DNA of 64,000 nt from Nannocystis bainbridge (GCF_028368995.1 NZ_JAQNDL010000001.1:4224001-4288000), one strand, 5' to 3'. Positions 29,579 through 39,635 are shown, numbered from the stretch's first letter. Notes: a model not told the origin generated them from the sequence alone. Numbers and translations: made by a program.

Positions 29579-30694
29579 ATGGCCCTGCGACTGATCATCG
29601 AGGACGAAGAGGGCGCGACCACGATCGTGCCGCTCGGAGAAGAGGAGATCACGATCGGTCGGGAGCCAGGGAACACCATCCAGCTCACCGAGCAGAACGT
29701 CTCCCGGCAGCACGCGCGACTCACCCCAGGTTCGGATGGGTGGGTGATCGAGGACCTCGACAGTTACAACGGGGTCCGGGTGAACGGAGTCCTCATCGAG
29801 GGCACGGTCAACCTCAACGAGGGCGACGTGGTGCAGATCGGCGATTACCACCTCGCCATCACCAACAACGCCGAGCAGACGACCCTCAACATCGATCGCC
29901 AGGGAGGCATCGCGGGCACCGATCCGATGCGCGCCGCCCCCAGCATGGATCTGCCGCGGATCCCCGCCAGCGAAGCGGTGGTGATGATCGCTCCGCCGCC
30001 GCCGCTGCCCGATCACTCGCGCGACCGCGACGACGATCGTCACACGGATCAGCCCGCCGAGAACAAGGGTCGCGGCTTGTTGTTCGCGTTGCTCGCGGTG
30101 TTCCTGATCGGTGGCGGACTCGTCGCCTATCAGTTCACGTTGGGCAAGGGTGCCGGCGCCGAGACGCCGAAGGCTCCGAAGGTCGATCCGCCGGCGAAGA
30201 CCGAGGAGCCGCCGCCGCCCGAGCCCAAGCCCGAGGCGAAGGCGCCCGAGCAGGCGCCGCCTGTAGACCCGCCGCTGCCCAACGATCCGGTGCCCGGGGT
30301 GACCGGCGCTCCGCCCGAGGAGCCGCCGCCTGAAAATCCGCTGCCGACCAAGACCGACAAGCCCGCCGTGCCTGCGGTGCCCAAGGGCGAGAAGGTCGTC
30401 AAGCCGCCGGTGACCAAGACCGACAAGCCGCCCGTGCCCAAGGGTGACCCGGTGCAGCTCCTCGAGGACGCGCGCAAGGCCAACCTCGCCGGCAACGCCA
30501 CGCAGGCCTACGACCTGGCCAAGAAGAGCTACGAGATCGACAAGGGCTCGAACGCTCTGGCGCTGATGGGCGCCTCCGCGTGCAAGATGGGCGATCAGGC
30601 CAAGGCCAAGTCGGCCTTCAAGAAGCTGACCGACCCCAACCGCCAGAAGCAGATGGTGTCGGTATGCGCAGAACGAGGCATCGTGCTCGAGTGA
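29579..30694 (+). CDS. FHA-domain membrane protein with Pro-rich periplasmic region
   Basis: IGR...VSRQHA...DLDSYNGVRVNG FHA motif, a single TM and a helical C-terminus. Confidence 0.9.
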   Translation: MALRLIIEDEEGATTIVPLGEEEITIGREPGNTIQLTEQNVSRQHARLTPGSDGWVIEDLDSYNGVRVNGVLIEGTVNLNEGDVVQIGDYHLAITNNAEQTTLNIDRQGGIAGTDPMRAAPSMDLPRIPASEAVVMIAPPPPLPDHSRDRDDDRHTDQPAENKGRGLLFALLAVFLIGGGLVAYQFTLGKGAGAETPKAPKVDPPAKTEEPPPPEPKPEAKAPEQAPPVDPPLPNDPVPGVTGAPPEEPPPENPLPTKTDKPAVPAVPKGEKVVKPPVTKTDKPPVPKGDPVQLLEDARKANLAGNATQAYDLAKKSYEIDKGSNALALMGASACKMGDQAKAKSAFKKLTDPNRQKQMVSVCAERGIVLE

Positions 30695-32454
30695 GTAGTT
30701 CTTCGGGACATGTCCTGAAGAACAGCCTCTACCTCCTCGCCGCCGCTGCCGCCCTGCTCGCCGCGCCCGTGAGCGCCGCCCCGTGGGAGGACGCCACGGC
30801 GCTCACGATCGGTACCACGGCCGAGTGGACCAACAAGGTCGAGCTCGCCGACATCGACGGCGACGGGCTGGTCGACATCCTGTTCGCCAACGGGGCCGGC
30901 TACGCCTCGCCCGACGATCCCGAGCCGAACCGGGCCTTCCTCAACCGGGGCCCCGGCATGCCGTTCGTCGACGTCAGCGAAGAGGTCTTCGGCCCCGAGC
31001 CTGACTTCACCCGCGCGATCAAGGTGCGCGACCTCGACGGCGACGGCGACCCCGACATCCTGGTCGCCAACACCTTCGAGACTCGGAGCCGGCTCTACCT
31101 CGGCGACGGCCAGGGCGGCTTCGTCGAGGCCAGCGACGACCTCCCGCAGGCTCCGCACAGCTTCGGCGACGTCGAGCTCGGCGACGTCGACGGCGACGGC
31201 GACCTCGACGCCGTGCTCGCCGACTGGGGCCCCGGCGACGCCGGTCAGAGCTCGGGCGTCACTCGTTTGTGGCGCAACGACGGCGGCGTCTTCACCGACG
31301 TCACCACCACCCACATGCCCGACGCTCTGGTCGCCTGGTCGTGGGAGCTCGAGTTCGCCGACGTCGACAACGACCTCGACCTCGACCTGCTCGTCTCGTG
31401 CAAGGCGTGCTCGGGCTCGTACATGTTCGTCAACGACGGCGCCGGCGTGTTCACCGACGCCTCCGACAAGCTGCCGCAGTACGGCAACAACTACGACTTC
31501 GAGGCGATCGATCTGACCGGCGACGGCTGGCTCGACCTCGTCACGATCAACGACGGGCCTGGTGGTCGCGAGCACATCTTCGTCAACGACGGCGCTGGCG
31601 GCTTCGTCGACGCCACCGCCGACCTCTGGCCCGACTTCGAAAACCTCCCTGGCGACGACAACATGCTCGCCTTCCTCGACTACGACAGCGACGGTGACGC
31701 CGACTTCGTGATCGCCGGCCTGTTCGGCAGCGACGACCGCCTGATGCTCAACAGCGGCGACGGCCACCTCGAGGTCGTCGACGCCTTCAAGCCCGCCAAG
31801 TCGATGGGCACCCTCGGCCTCGCCGTCGCCGACCTCGACGGCGACAGGAAGATCGACGTCGTGCTCGCCGAGGGCGAGATCCCCGACAACGCCGACCGCG
31901 TGTTCCTCGGCGTCGACATCGCGGTCGACACCGCCGCCCCGAAGATCTCCCTCGTCACCCTGGTAGACGGCGGCGTGGTCGCGCGGATCCACGACAACAA
32001 GACCCCCGTCATGCCGCACGATTTCCAGTCGGTCGTGCTGGTCGCCGACGGCACCGAGGTCCCGATGCAGTGGTACGGCGAGGCGCTGTGGCGCGGCGCC
32101 CCGCGCGAGCCGTTCGGCCAGCTGTGCGCCGTCGATGCCGCGGGCAACGAGACCTGCGTGGAGTTCGGCGAGGACCCCGGCGAGACCGACACCGACGACG
32201 GCGTCAACACCACCAACGACTCCGGCACCACCGAGGCCCCGACCACCGGCGACGACCCGACCACCGGCGGCCCCGGCACGACCACGGGCGACGGCGGCAC
32301 CACTGACGCCACGGGCAGCGACGACACCGCCAGCACCGGGGACACCAGCGGCATCGACGACGACGGCGGCTGCGGCTGTCGCCAGCGTTCGCCGGGCCCT
32401 GGCGGCCTGCTCGCCCTCGGTCTGCTCGCCCTGGTCCGCCGCCGCCGCCGCTGA
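30691..32454 (+). CDS. FG-GAP/VCBS-repeat secreted protein with MYXO-CTERM-like sorting tail
   Basis: Repeated DxDGDGDxD, Thr/Gly/Asp linker, C-terminal GGCGCR...LLALGLLALVRRRR; start (GTG 30691) approximate. Confidence 0.85.
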   Translation: MSSSSGHVLKNSLYLLAAAAALLAAPVSAAPWEDATALTIGTTAEWTNKVELADIDGDGLVDILFANGAGYASPDDPEPNRAFLNRGPGMPFVDVSEEVFGPEPDFTRAIKVRDLDGDGDPDILVANTFETRSRLYLGDGQGGFVEASDDLPQAPHSFGDVELGDVDGDGDLDAVLADWGPGDAGQSSGVTRLWRNDGGVFTDVTTTHMPDALVAWSWELEFADVDNDLDLDLLVSCKACSGSYMFVNDGAGVFTDASDKLPQYGNNYDFEAIDLTGDGWLDLVTINDGPGGREHIFVNDGAGGFVDATADLWPDFENLPGDDNMLAFLDYDSDGDADFVIAGLFGSDDRLMLNSGDGHLEVVDAFKPAKSMGTLGLAVADLDGDRKIDVVLAEGEIPDNADRVFLGVDIAVDTAAPKISLVTLVDGGVVARIHDNKTPVMPHDFQSVVLVADGTEVPMQWYGEALWRGAPREPFGQLCAVDAAGNETCVEFGEDPGETDTDDGVNTTNDSGTTEAPTTGDDPTTGGPGTTTGDGGTTDATGSDDTASTGDTSGIDDDGGCGCRQRSPGPGGLLALGLLALVRRRRR

Positions 32455-32459
32455 GTCCC

Positions 32460-32868
32460 TGCCCTTCGGGGCCTATCCCTTCGGACAGGCGCCATGCGTC
32501 GCCGCGAGACCGCCTGCCCTTCGGGGCATGTCCCTTCAGCCAGGTGTCATGCGCCGCGAGACCGCCGCTCCGCCTGCCCTTCGGGGCATGTCCCTTCGGA
32601 CGTGTGTCATTCGTCGCCGCGAGACCGCCGTTCGGCATGTCCTTCGGGGCATGTCTATTCGGCCAGGCGTCGTGCGTCGCCGCGAGCCGTCATTCCGCCT
32701 GCCCTTCGGGGCATGTCCATTCGGCCAGGCGTCATGCGTCGCCGCGAGCCCGCCGTTTCAGAGAGCTCGCTCGCGTGCCGCGCGTCGACCTGTCCCTTCA
32801 GCCAGGCCATGGGCTCGATCCGCGGCCTGCCTCCCTCGAGCGTCCGTCGCGGCCTGCCCCTTCGGCCA
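32460..32868. repeat. degenerate 55-63-bp tandem repeat x5 plus two single motifs; each unit has a double 14-bp palindrome cassette
   Basis: Units start 32460, 32515, 32575, 32638, 32700 (TGCCCTTCGGGGCA TGTCCCTTCGGCCA GGCGTCATGCGTCGCCGCGAG...). Confidence 0.85.
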
Positions 32869-33033
32869 GCCTCCCGCAGCGGGCCACCGGCCTCGACCGC
32901 GCGGTCGTCGAGCGAGCCGCCGCTCACGCGGTCGCCCGGCGCGCGGGCCGCGGTCCTTCGGCTCCGTCCCGGGCGACTGATTTTCTCGGGAAAACGGACC
33001 CCGGGGGGCGCGAGGCCGGGGCCTCGCAGGTGA

Positions 33034-33107
33034 TGCGCTCGGCAGGATTCGAACCTGCGACCCTCGGGTTCGAAGCCCGATGCTCTATCCAGCTGAGCTA
33101 CGAACGC
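33034..33107 (-). tRNA. tRNA-Arg(TCG), CCA not encoded
   Basis: Reverse complement GCGTTCGTAGCTCAGCTGGATAGAGCATCGGGCTTCGAACCCGAGGGTCGCAGGTTCGAATCCTGCCGAGCGCA; anticodon loop CT-TCG-AA. Confidence 0.95.
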
Positions 33108-33237
33108 GGCCCGGCCAGGATACCCGAACTCGCCCCGGGCGAAAAGCGCACGCACAGCGCGCCGTGCATGGGCCATGCCGGCCTTTTATAATGACGGACG
33201 AACTGACCGCCGGCCTCAGGCCCTCCCAGGAGCACCC

Positions 33238-35091
33238 ATGCGTCTCGTCTCGGCCCTCTCGCGTCACCGCACCCTCCTCTCGGCCTCAGGCCTCGCCGCT
33301 GCCAGCGTTTGGTTGGCCGTCGAACACCGCCCCGGCGACGACGGCGTGCGGGCCGCGGACATCACGCCCGTCGCCATCACCGACCTCGATCTCGCCGACA
33401 GCACCGGCGCCCTGCTGCTCGACCTCGTCGAACCCGAGGACGGCGAGGGCGGCAGCGAAGCCGAGCTGCGCGCGCTGCTCGACGGCCTCGGCCTCGCCTG
33501 GGAGCCGGCCGGCTTCTACAGCGAGGGCGAGCACCTCTTCCGCGTCGTCGGCGAGCCCGACCAGCTCGCCGAGCTGCAGACCACGCTCGCCGGCAACCCG
33601 CTCGTCGAGGTCGTCGAGCCCGAGCTCGTCTACTCGCTCGTCGGCGACGTCGCCATCGAGCCCGCCGACGAGCTCGAGCCGAGCAAGGAACGCCGCCCGC
33701 GCTTCGAGCCCGACGACCCGATGTACGCCCGCCAGTGGCACATGCAGATGATCCACACCCCCGAGGCGTGGGGCGTCACCAAGGGCGAGGGCGTCGTCGT
33801 CGCCGTCATCGACACCGGCGTCGCCTGGAAGGACCTGCCCGGCGTCGCCAAGCAGGCGCCCGACCTGGCCGGCACCGCCTTCACCCAGGGCGTCAGCTTC
33901 GTCCCCAACTCGCTGCCCGATGGCCTCGACGATCACCTGCACGGCACCCACGTCGCCGGCACGATCGCCCAGACCACCCACAACGCGCTCGGCGTGACCG
34001 GCGTCGCCTTCAAGAGCACGATCATGCCGCTCAAGGTGCTGAGCGGTGACGGCCGCGGGCAGATCCCCTGGATCGCCAACGCCATCCGCTACGCCGCCGA
34101 CAACGGCGCCCAGGTCATCAACATGAGCCTCGGCGGGCCGATGCCCTCGAGCGTGCTCGCCAAGGCGATCGACTACGCCAACAGCAAGGGCACCACCGTC
34201 GTCTGCGCCGCCGGCAACGAGAGCCGCGGCCGCGTCGGCTGGCCCGCCTCCAACAACGGCTCGGTCGCGGTCGCGGCGGTCGACGCGATGGGCGTGCGCA
34301 CCTGGTACTCGAATTGGGGCAAGGACCTCGACGTCTCGGCCCCCGGCGGCGACACCCGCGTCGACAAGAACGGCGACGGCTACCCCGACGGCGTGCTGCA
34401 GAACACGATCCTCCTGCAGGATCCGATGAAGAGCGATTACATGTGGCTGCAGGGCACCTCGATGGCCTCGCCGCACGCCGCCGGCGTCGCCGCCCTGGTC
34501 GTCTCGCGCGGCGTCAACAACCCGCCCGAGGTCGAGCGGATCTTGAAGAAGACCGCGAAGCACCCCAACAACATCGAGTGGGACAAGGAGTACGGCGCCG
34601 GTGTCATCGACGCCGTGGCCGCCGTCGACGCCTCGATCGAGAGCTACCAGGCCGAGCGCGGCGGCCTGCTCGGCCTGCTCGGGCTCGGCGGCCTCGCGGG
34701 CCTCGGCCTCGCCGGCCTCGCCGGTCGGCGCGCGCGCGTGGCTGCGCTCGGCAGCATGGTGCTCGGGGCAGGTCTCGCCGCGGGCGCGTTCGGCCTGACG
34801 CCGATCGCCTACGCCGCGGCCGATCTCGCCGGTGCGACCGCGATCGGCTCGCCGCTGTTCCTGTCGGCGCTGCTGCCGGTCCTGGCGACCCTGCTGCTGG
34901 TCGGCTTCCGCCCGCTCCGCAGCATCCTCGTCGGCCTCAACCTCGGCTACGCCGCCCTGCTCCTGCACGGCGCGATCGTCCTGCCGACGCTGCTCAACGG
35001 CCTCCCCGGCGGCCCGACGATCGACCGCCTGTGGCTCGCGGCGCACGCCCTCGTGGCCCTCGCGCTCGCCCGCCGCGTCTCGCGGATGTGA
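33238..35091 (+). CDS. S8 subtilisin-like serine protease with C-terminal membrane segments
   Basis: Triad VAVIDTG, HGTHVAGTI, GTSMASPH; AAGN oxyanion; hydrophobic C-terminus; AGGAG RBS. Confidence 0.93.
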   Translation: MRLVSALSRHRTLLSASGLAAASVWLAVEHRPGDDGVRAADITPVAITDLDLADSTGALLLDLVEPEDGEGGSEAELRALLDGLGLAWEPAGFYSEGEHLFRVVGEPDQLAELQTTLAGNPLVEVVEPELVYSLVGDVAIEPADELEPSKERRPRFEPDDPMYARQWHMQMIHTPEAWGVTKGEGVVVAVIDTGVAWKDLPGVAKQAPDLAGTAFTQGVSFVPNSLPDGLDDHLHGTHVAGTIAQTTHNALGVTGVAFKSTIMPLKVLSGDGRGQIPWIANAIRYAADNGAQVINMSLGGPMPSSVLAKAIDYANSKGTTVVCAAGNESRGRVGWPASNNGSVAVAAVDAMGVRTWYSNWGKDLDVSAPGGDTRVDKNGDGYPDGVLQNTILLQDPMKSDYMWLQGTSMASPHAAGVAALVVSRGVNNPPEVERILKKTAKHPNNIEWDKEYGAGVIDAVAAVDASIESYQAERGGLLGLLGLGGLAGLGLAGLAGRRARVAALGSMVLGAGLAAGAFGLTPIAYAAADLAGATAIGSPLFLSALLPVLATLLLVGFRPLRSILVGLNLGYAALLLHGAIVLPTLLNGLPGGPTIDRLWLAAHALVALALARRVSRM

Positions 35092-35669
35092 TCCACGAGC
35101 TCGCCCGCACCCCGAGCCCGCGCCGGCCCACGCCCGCGCGGGCTTCGCTGTTTCTCGCACCGACTCGCGTCGGCCACGTCGCTCGCGGAAGCTGCATGCG
35201 CCCGGAGCACGCGTGAGCCACGAACGCCTCGCATCGCCCGCTGAAGCCGCATGCGCTGGGAGCTCTTTCAGGGCCCCGCACGACTCAAACGCCACGCGCC
35301 GGCGTGAGCCTCGCGGGTCAGACCACGACGCGAACGCGACCCCGTTCTTCGTCCCCGTGGCACGCCCTCGTGGCCCTCGCGCTCGCCCCCCGCGTCTCGC
35401 GGATGTGATCGGCGAGCTCGCCCGCACCCCAAGCCCGCGCCGGCCCACGCCTGCGCGGGCTTCGCTGTTTCTCGCGCCGACACGCGCCGGCCACGTCGCT
35501 CGCGGAAGCTGCATACGCCCGGAGCACGCGTGAGCCACGAACGCCCCGCATCGCCCGCCGAAGTCGCATGCACTGGGAGCTCTTTCAGGGCCCCGGGCGG
35601 TCACGCGCCGGCGTGAGCCTCGCGGTCAGGCCACGACGCGAACGCGACCCCGTTCCTCGTCGCCGTGTG
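35043..35669. repeat. ~317-bp direct duplication including the 3' end and stop of the S8 protease gene
   Basis: GCACGCCCTCGTGGCCCTCGCGCTCGCCC...GGATGTGATC at 35043 and 35360, near-identical downstream. Confidence 0.9.
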
Positions 35670-36061
35670 ATGCACGCCTCTTCGTGCTGTGGACGACGGC
35701 CAGAACTGTTCGAAGCAGCTCGCTACCTCCTCGCTTCGGCGAGACCCATCGGAGGACGAAGCATGGCTGAGAGCGCCCCCGAATCGCCGCAACCCTTCGA
35801 CCTGTCCCGGAGGACATGTCATCACACGCGACCGGCACGCCGCGCGAGCGCGCAGCGATGCACGTTCACGAACAGGCATCGCTCGCATCCGCCCGCTCCG
35901 CGCGCCACGATCCGTCCGGTTGCGCGTGGCGTGAGCCAGGATCTCGGTCTCTCGGGGCGGACTCGTCCACCCGCCCAACAGCCCGCTGAAAGGCCCTGAC
36001 CGCCATTGCGCCCCCTGCGCACGGACGCGTGAACCGGCGCGCAGGCCGCGCGCGCGGGATC

Positions 36062-36149
36062 AATCCTGAAAATCACTTTCAAACTCCTTGCGATCCGACC
36101 TCGAGCTGGGCACCCTGAAGGAGTCATTTTGACAATGATTTTCATCGCC
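36062..36149 (+). promoter_or_regulatory. two Fur-box-like sites and a TTGACA -35 upstream of bfd
   Basis: GACAATGATTTTCATCGCC (36131-36149, 13/19 to GATAATGATAATCATTATC) overlapping TTGACA; second site 36062-36080 on the minus strand (12/19). Confidence 0.6.
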
Positions 36150-36178
36150 ATCCTCAGGACTCGGGACGCGTAGTCATC

Positions 36179-36391
36179 ATGATCGTCTGTCTGTGCAAGG
36201 GTGTTTCGTGTCGCACGATCCTCGCCGAGGCTCGCCGGGGGGCCTGCACGCTGAAGCAGATCCGGCAGACCTGTCAGGCGGGCACCGGCTGCGGGGCGTG
36301 CGTCCAGCAGATCCGGCAGCTGCTCGAGAGCGCCGCGCCGGCCCGGCACGAGCATCACAGCAGCAGCGTCGGCAGCGGCGAAGCGACCTGA
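36179..36391 (+). CDS. bfd: bacterioferritin-associated ferredoxin (2Fe-2S)
   Basis: MIVCLCKGV...AGTGCGAC, directly upstream of bfr. Confidence 0.92.
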   Translation: MIVCLCKGVSCRTILAEARRGACTLKQIRQTCQAGTGCGACVQQIRQLLESAAPARHEHHSSSVGSGEAT

Positions 36392-36475
36392 AGCGCCGCG
36401 TCGAAGTTGAACGTCTTTTTCACCGCGGCGCTGCTGCCGGCGGTGCGCGTGGGCCCGTGCTAGCGTGCGCCCACG

Positions 36476-36940
36476 ATGAAGGGCAACGACAAGATCCTCA
36501 ACGCGCTCAATGAAGTACTGACAGCCGAGCTGACGGCGATCAATCAGTACTTCATCCACGCGAAGATGTGTAAGAACTGGGGCTATAGCAAGATCGCCTC
36601 GAAGATCCGCGCCGAGTCGATCGACGAGATGAAGCACGCGGACGACCTCATCGAGCGCATCCTGTTCCTCGAGGGCATCCCGAACGTCCAGCGCTACAAC
36701 AAGGTCAACGTCGGCGAGTCGGTCAAAGAGCAGTTCGAGCTCGACCTCAAGCTCGAGTACGACGCCGTGCAGCGCTTCAACAATGGCATCGCCATGTGTC
36801 GCGACCTCGGCGACAACGCCACCCGCGAGCTGCTCGAGCGCATGCTGATCTCCGAGGAAGAGCACGTCGACTGGCTCGAGACTCAGCTCGGCCTGATCCA
36901 GGCCCTCGGCGAGCCGATGTACTGCGCCCAGCAGCTCTGA
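36476..36940 (+). CDS. bfr: bacterioferritin
   Basis: MKG...[40 protein letters not shown]. Confidence 0.97.
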   Translation: MKGNDKILNALNEVLTAELTAINQYFIHAKMCKNWGYSKIASKIRAESIDEMKHADDLIERILFLEGIPNVQRYNKVNVGESVKEQFELDLKLEYDAVQRFNNGIAMCRDLGDNATRELLERMLISEEEHVDWLETQLGLIQALGEPMYCAQQL

Positions 36941-37005
36941 ACGCCCCGCGATGCTCGTCTCTCGCGGCCAGCCGCCGCGAGCCGGGACGCGGCCGCTGTC
37001 CCGCC

Positions 37006-37297
37006 CCGACCTGCTCTACGGACAGAGTCTCTATCGAGCGAGCGGCTGACCTTCGGGACAGCCCTCGCGCTTCGCCGACCTGTCCTCGCGGACAGCCTCA
37101 ACCGAGCGAGCGGCGGACCTTCGGGACAGCCCTCGCGTTTCGCCGACCTGTCCTCGCGGACAGCCTCTATCGAGCGAGCGGCGGACCTCCGGGACAGCCC
37201 TCGCACTTCGCCGACCTGTCCTCACGGACAGCCTCTATTGAGCGAGCGGCTGGCCTTCGGGACAGCCCTCGCGCTTCGCCGCGGCCTCGCGGGCAGC
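37006..37297. repeat. 68-bp tandem repeat, ~4.3 copies
   Basis: CCGACCTGTCCTCGCGGACAGCCTCTATCGAGCGAGCGGCGGACCTTCGGGACAGCCCTCGCGCTTCG at 37006, 37075, 37143, 37211, partial at 37279. Confidence 0.92.
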
Positions 37298-37299
37298 GC

Positions 37300-38184
37300 T
37301 CACTTCTTCGCGTCGGCCGGGCGCTTGGCGTCCGCCGGCGCCTCGGCCTTCGCATCGGCCGGCTTCGCCTCCGCGGGCGGCTCGGAGCCCGGCACGGCGA
37401 ACTTGGTCTCGTCGACCGGCACGTTGAGCTCGAGCTTGGTGGTCGTCGTCTTCAGCTTCTGCAGCTTCATGTCGGCGACCTGCTCGAACGCGAACCACAC
37501 CCCGTTCTGCTCGCGATAGTCGGACAGCGTCACCTCGACGGGGATCTCGCCCATCGAGCTGAACTGCTTGAGCCGCTGCGCCACCAGGCGGTGGTCGGCG
37601 AGGTCGATGCGCAGCGTCACGGAGTTGCCCGACTTGCTGGCGGTAAGCACGACCTCGGCGAACTTCTTGCCACCGACCTCCTCGACCTTGGTCGTCTCGG
37701 CCTTGTCGAAGAAGCGCTTCCAGTCGTGGGCGATGTTCAGCGACGTGCCCATCTCGGCCATCGCGGCCTCTTTGCCCGTCAGCTCGCGCAGGCCCTGGAT
37801 CGGGTCGAGCGTCCACAGCTTGCCCGCCTTGCCGCCGCCGGTGCTCACGCCCACGCCCGGCAGCGTGATCTCCAGATAAAAATCATCGCCCTTCGACCAG
37901 GTCTTGCCGACGCCGGAGATCCCCGCGCCGAGGATCTCGACCTGCATCTCCTGATAGAAGCTCTTGATCTCGTCGAGCTTGGCCGCGCCGCCGCCCGCCT
38001 CGACCACCTTCGCCAGCAGCTCCGCCGCGTCGGGCAGGGCGTTCGCCGCCGGCGCCGCCGCCTCGGCCGGCTTCGCCTCGGTCGCCGGCGTGGCCTTGGC
38101 CGCCTCGGCCTTCTTCGCCTCGCCGCCGTCGCACCCGCCGAGGGCCATCAGGGCGGTCAGACACAGGACTTGCAGGCGTCGCAT
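37300..38184 (-). CDS. hypothetical lipoprotein (possible LolA-like/lipoprotein-sorting fold)
   Basis: Lipobox LGGC, AAGGAG RBS, beta-rich core ending LSDYREQNGVWFAF...LELNVPVDETKFAVP. Confidence 0.75.
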   Translation of the reverse strand: MRRLQVLCLTALMALGGCDGGEAKKAEAAKATPATEAKPAEAAAPAANALPDAAELLAKVVEAGGGAAKLDEIKSFYQEMQVEILGAGISGVGKTWSKGDDFYLEITLPGVGVSTGGGKAGKLWTLDPIQGLRELTGKEAAMAEMGTSLNIAHDWKRFFDKAETTKVEEVGGKKFAEVVLTASKSGNSVTLRIDLADHRLVAQRLKQFSSMGEIPVEVTLSDYREQNGVWFAFEQVADMKLQKLKTTTTKLELNVPVDETKFAVPGSEPPAEAKPADAKAEAPADAKRPADAKK

Positions 38185-38209
38185 GCGGGTAGCTCCTTGG
38201 GACATGTTC

Positions 38210-39631
38210 TCAGGGACTCTTGCTGTCGAAGGCCGCGACCGCGGCGGCCAGCACCGGGTCGCGCCCGGCGACGAAATCGGCCCGCGTCTCGACCGCGGTG
38301 ATGTCGGGGCTGACGCCGTCGCCCTCGGCGACCGTGCCCTTGGCCGAGTGGTAGTCGCCGACGACGTATTGCAGCAGCGCGCCGTTGTCGAGCCGCTCGA
38401 GCAGCGACGGCAGCGCCGCACCGGCCGAGGCGCGCGCCCCGGCCACCCGCACGCGCCCGAGGTCGCGCAGGCCCGCCGCGAAGATCTCCGAAGTGCTCGC
38501 CGTGCCCTCGTCGACCAGCACGATCACCGGCCCCGCGAACGCCCCGGGATCGCCGGCCACGTTGAACTCCTGGGCGAACTCGCGGAACTGCAGCTTGCCG
38601 AGGCTGCCCGACTCTCGGAGCAGCAGGCGCGCGACCGGGATCGACATCGCCCCCACGCCGCCCGGGTTGCCGCGCAGGTCGAGCACCAGCGCCTCCATGC
38701 CCTGGCCGCGCAGGTCGGTCATCGCCGCCTTCACGCGCTCGACCATCGGCAACATCCAGTAGTTGAACGCGATGTAGCCGATCTTCGGGCCGCTGCCCTC
38801 ACGCTCCAGCATGCGGTGCTCGACCGTGGTCGGCAGGTCGCGCAGGTTGCCGAGCGACACCAGCTCGCCGGGCGGCGTGACGCAGGCGACATCCTTCGTC
38901 ACCTCGGCGTCGCCGGCGCCCGGATCGAGGAAGGTCAAGCTGACCTTTTGGCCAGGTTGACACGACAGCGCCCGGCCCGCCTCGAAGGCCGCGTGATAGG
39001 CGACCTCGCCGGGGCGCATCGCCTCGCTGCGGGCGCGGGCGATCAGAGACTCGGCGGTCCGGTCGCCCAACTTCACCAGCGCCGCACCCGCTGGCACGCC
39101 GCTGACGGCCCCGCCGAGCGCCGGGTCGACGACCACCAGCTGCTCGCCGATCATGCGCACGCCCACCGGCACGCGCGCGGGCCCGCCGCTGCGCTCCTCC
39201 GGCTCGGCCCCGCTGAACGGCGGCACCACCTTGAAGTGGCTCTGCCCGAGCGTCTCGAGCAGGTCGTTCATCACCTTGTAGGCCGCCGGCCCGTCGGCGA
39301 CCGCCGTGAGCTTGGCGCCGTACTCGGCCCGCAGCGCCGGCCAGTCCTTGCAGGCCAGCGTCGGGTCGAAGTGCTTCTCCAGCACCGTCCGCCACACGCG
39401 CTCGAAGGTCGCCGAGTACGGCGTCTCGGGCAGCGGCGGCAGCGTCGCCGGGTCGAGGTCCGCCCAGCTGCGGCAGGTGTCGCCGGCCGGCCTCGCGGCG
39501 GGCGCGTCACTCGCCTGTGGGGCCGCGGGGCTGGCCTCGGCTGTCGGCGCCGTCTTCTCCGACGGCGCCGACTGGCCACACGCGCAGACGAGCGCCACGC
39601 ATGCGGCGCTCACCGACCTGGGGAAGCGCAT
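38210..39631 (-). CDS. S41 family peptidase lipoprotein
   Basis: Lipobox VCAC, SHF, LVLDLRGNPGG, TASTSEIFAAGL, EGDGVSPD. Confidence 0.88.
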   Translation of the reverse strand: MRFPRSVSAACVALVCACGQSAPSEKTAPTAEASPAAPQASDAPAARPAGDTCRSWADLDPATLPPLPETPYSATFERVWRTVLEKHFDPTLACKDWPALRAEYGAKLTAVADGPAAYKVMNDLLETLGQSHFKVVPPFSGAEPEERSGGPARVPVGVRMIGEQLVVVDPALGGAVSGVPAGAALVKLGDRTAESLIARARSEAMRPGEVAYHAAFEAGRALSCQPGQKVSLTFLDPGAGDAEVTKDVACVTPPGELVSLGNLRDLPTTVEHRMLEREGSGPKIGYIAFNYWMLPMVERVKAAMTDLRGQGMEALVLDLRGNPGGVGAMSIPVARLLLRESGSLGKLQFREFAQEFNVAGDPGAFAGPVIVLVDEGTASTSEIFAAGLRDLGRVRVAGARASAGAALPSLLERLDNGALLQYVVGDYHSAKGTVAEGDGVSPDITAVETRADFVAGRDPVLAAAVAAFDSKSP

Positions 39632-39635
39632 CGGC

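Noticed and set aside
37006-37297. CRISPR array (also considered for 32460-32760 and 18549-18618)
   Set aside because: Units repeat along their whole length with no unique 25-45-bp spacers, and there are no cas genes in the window.
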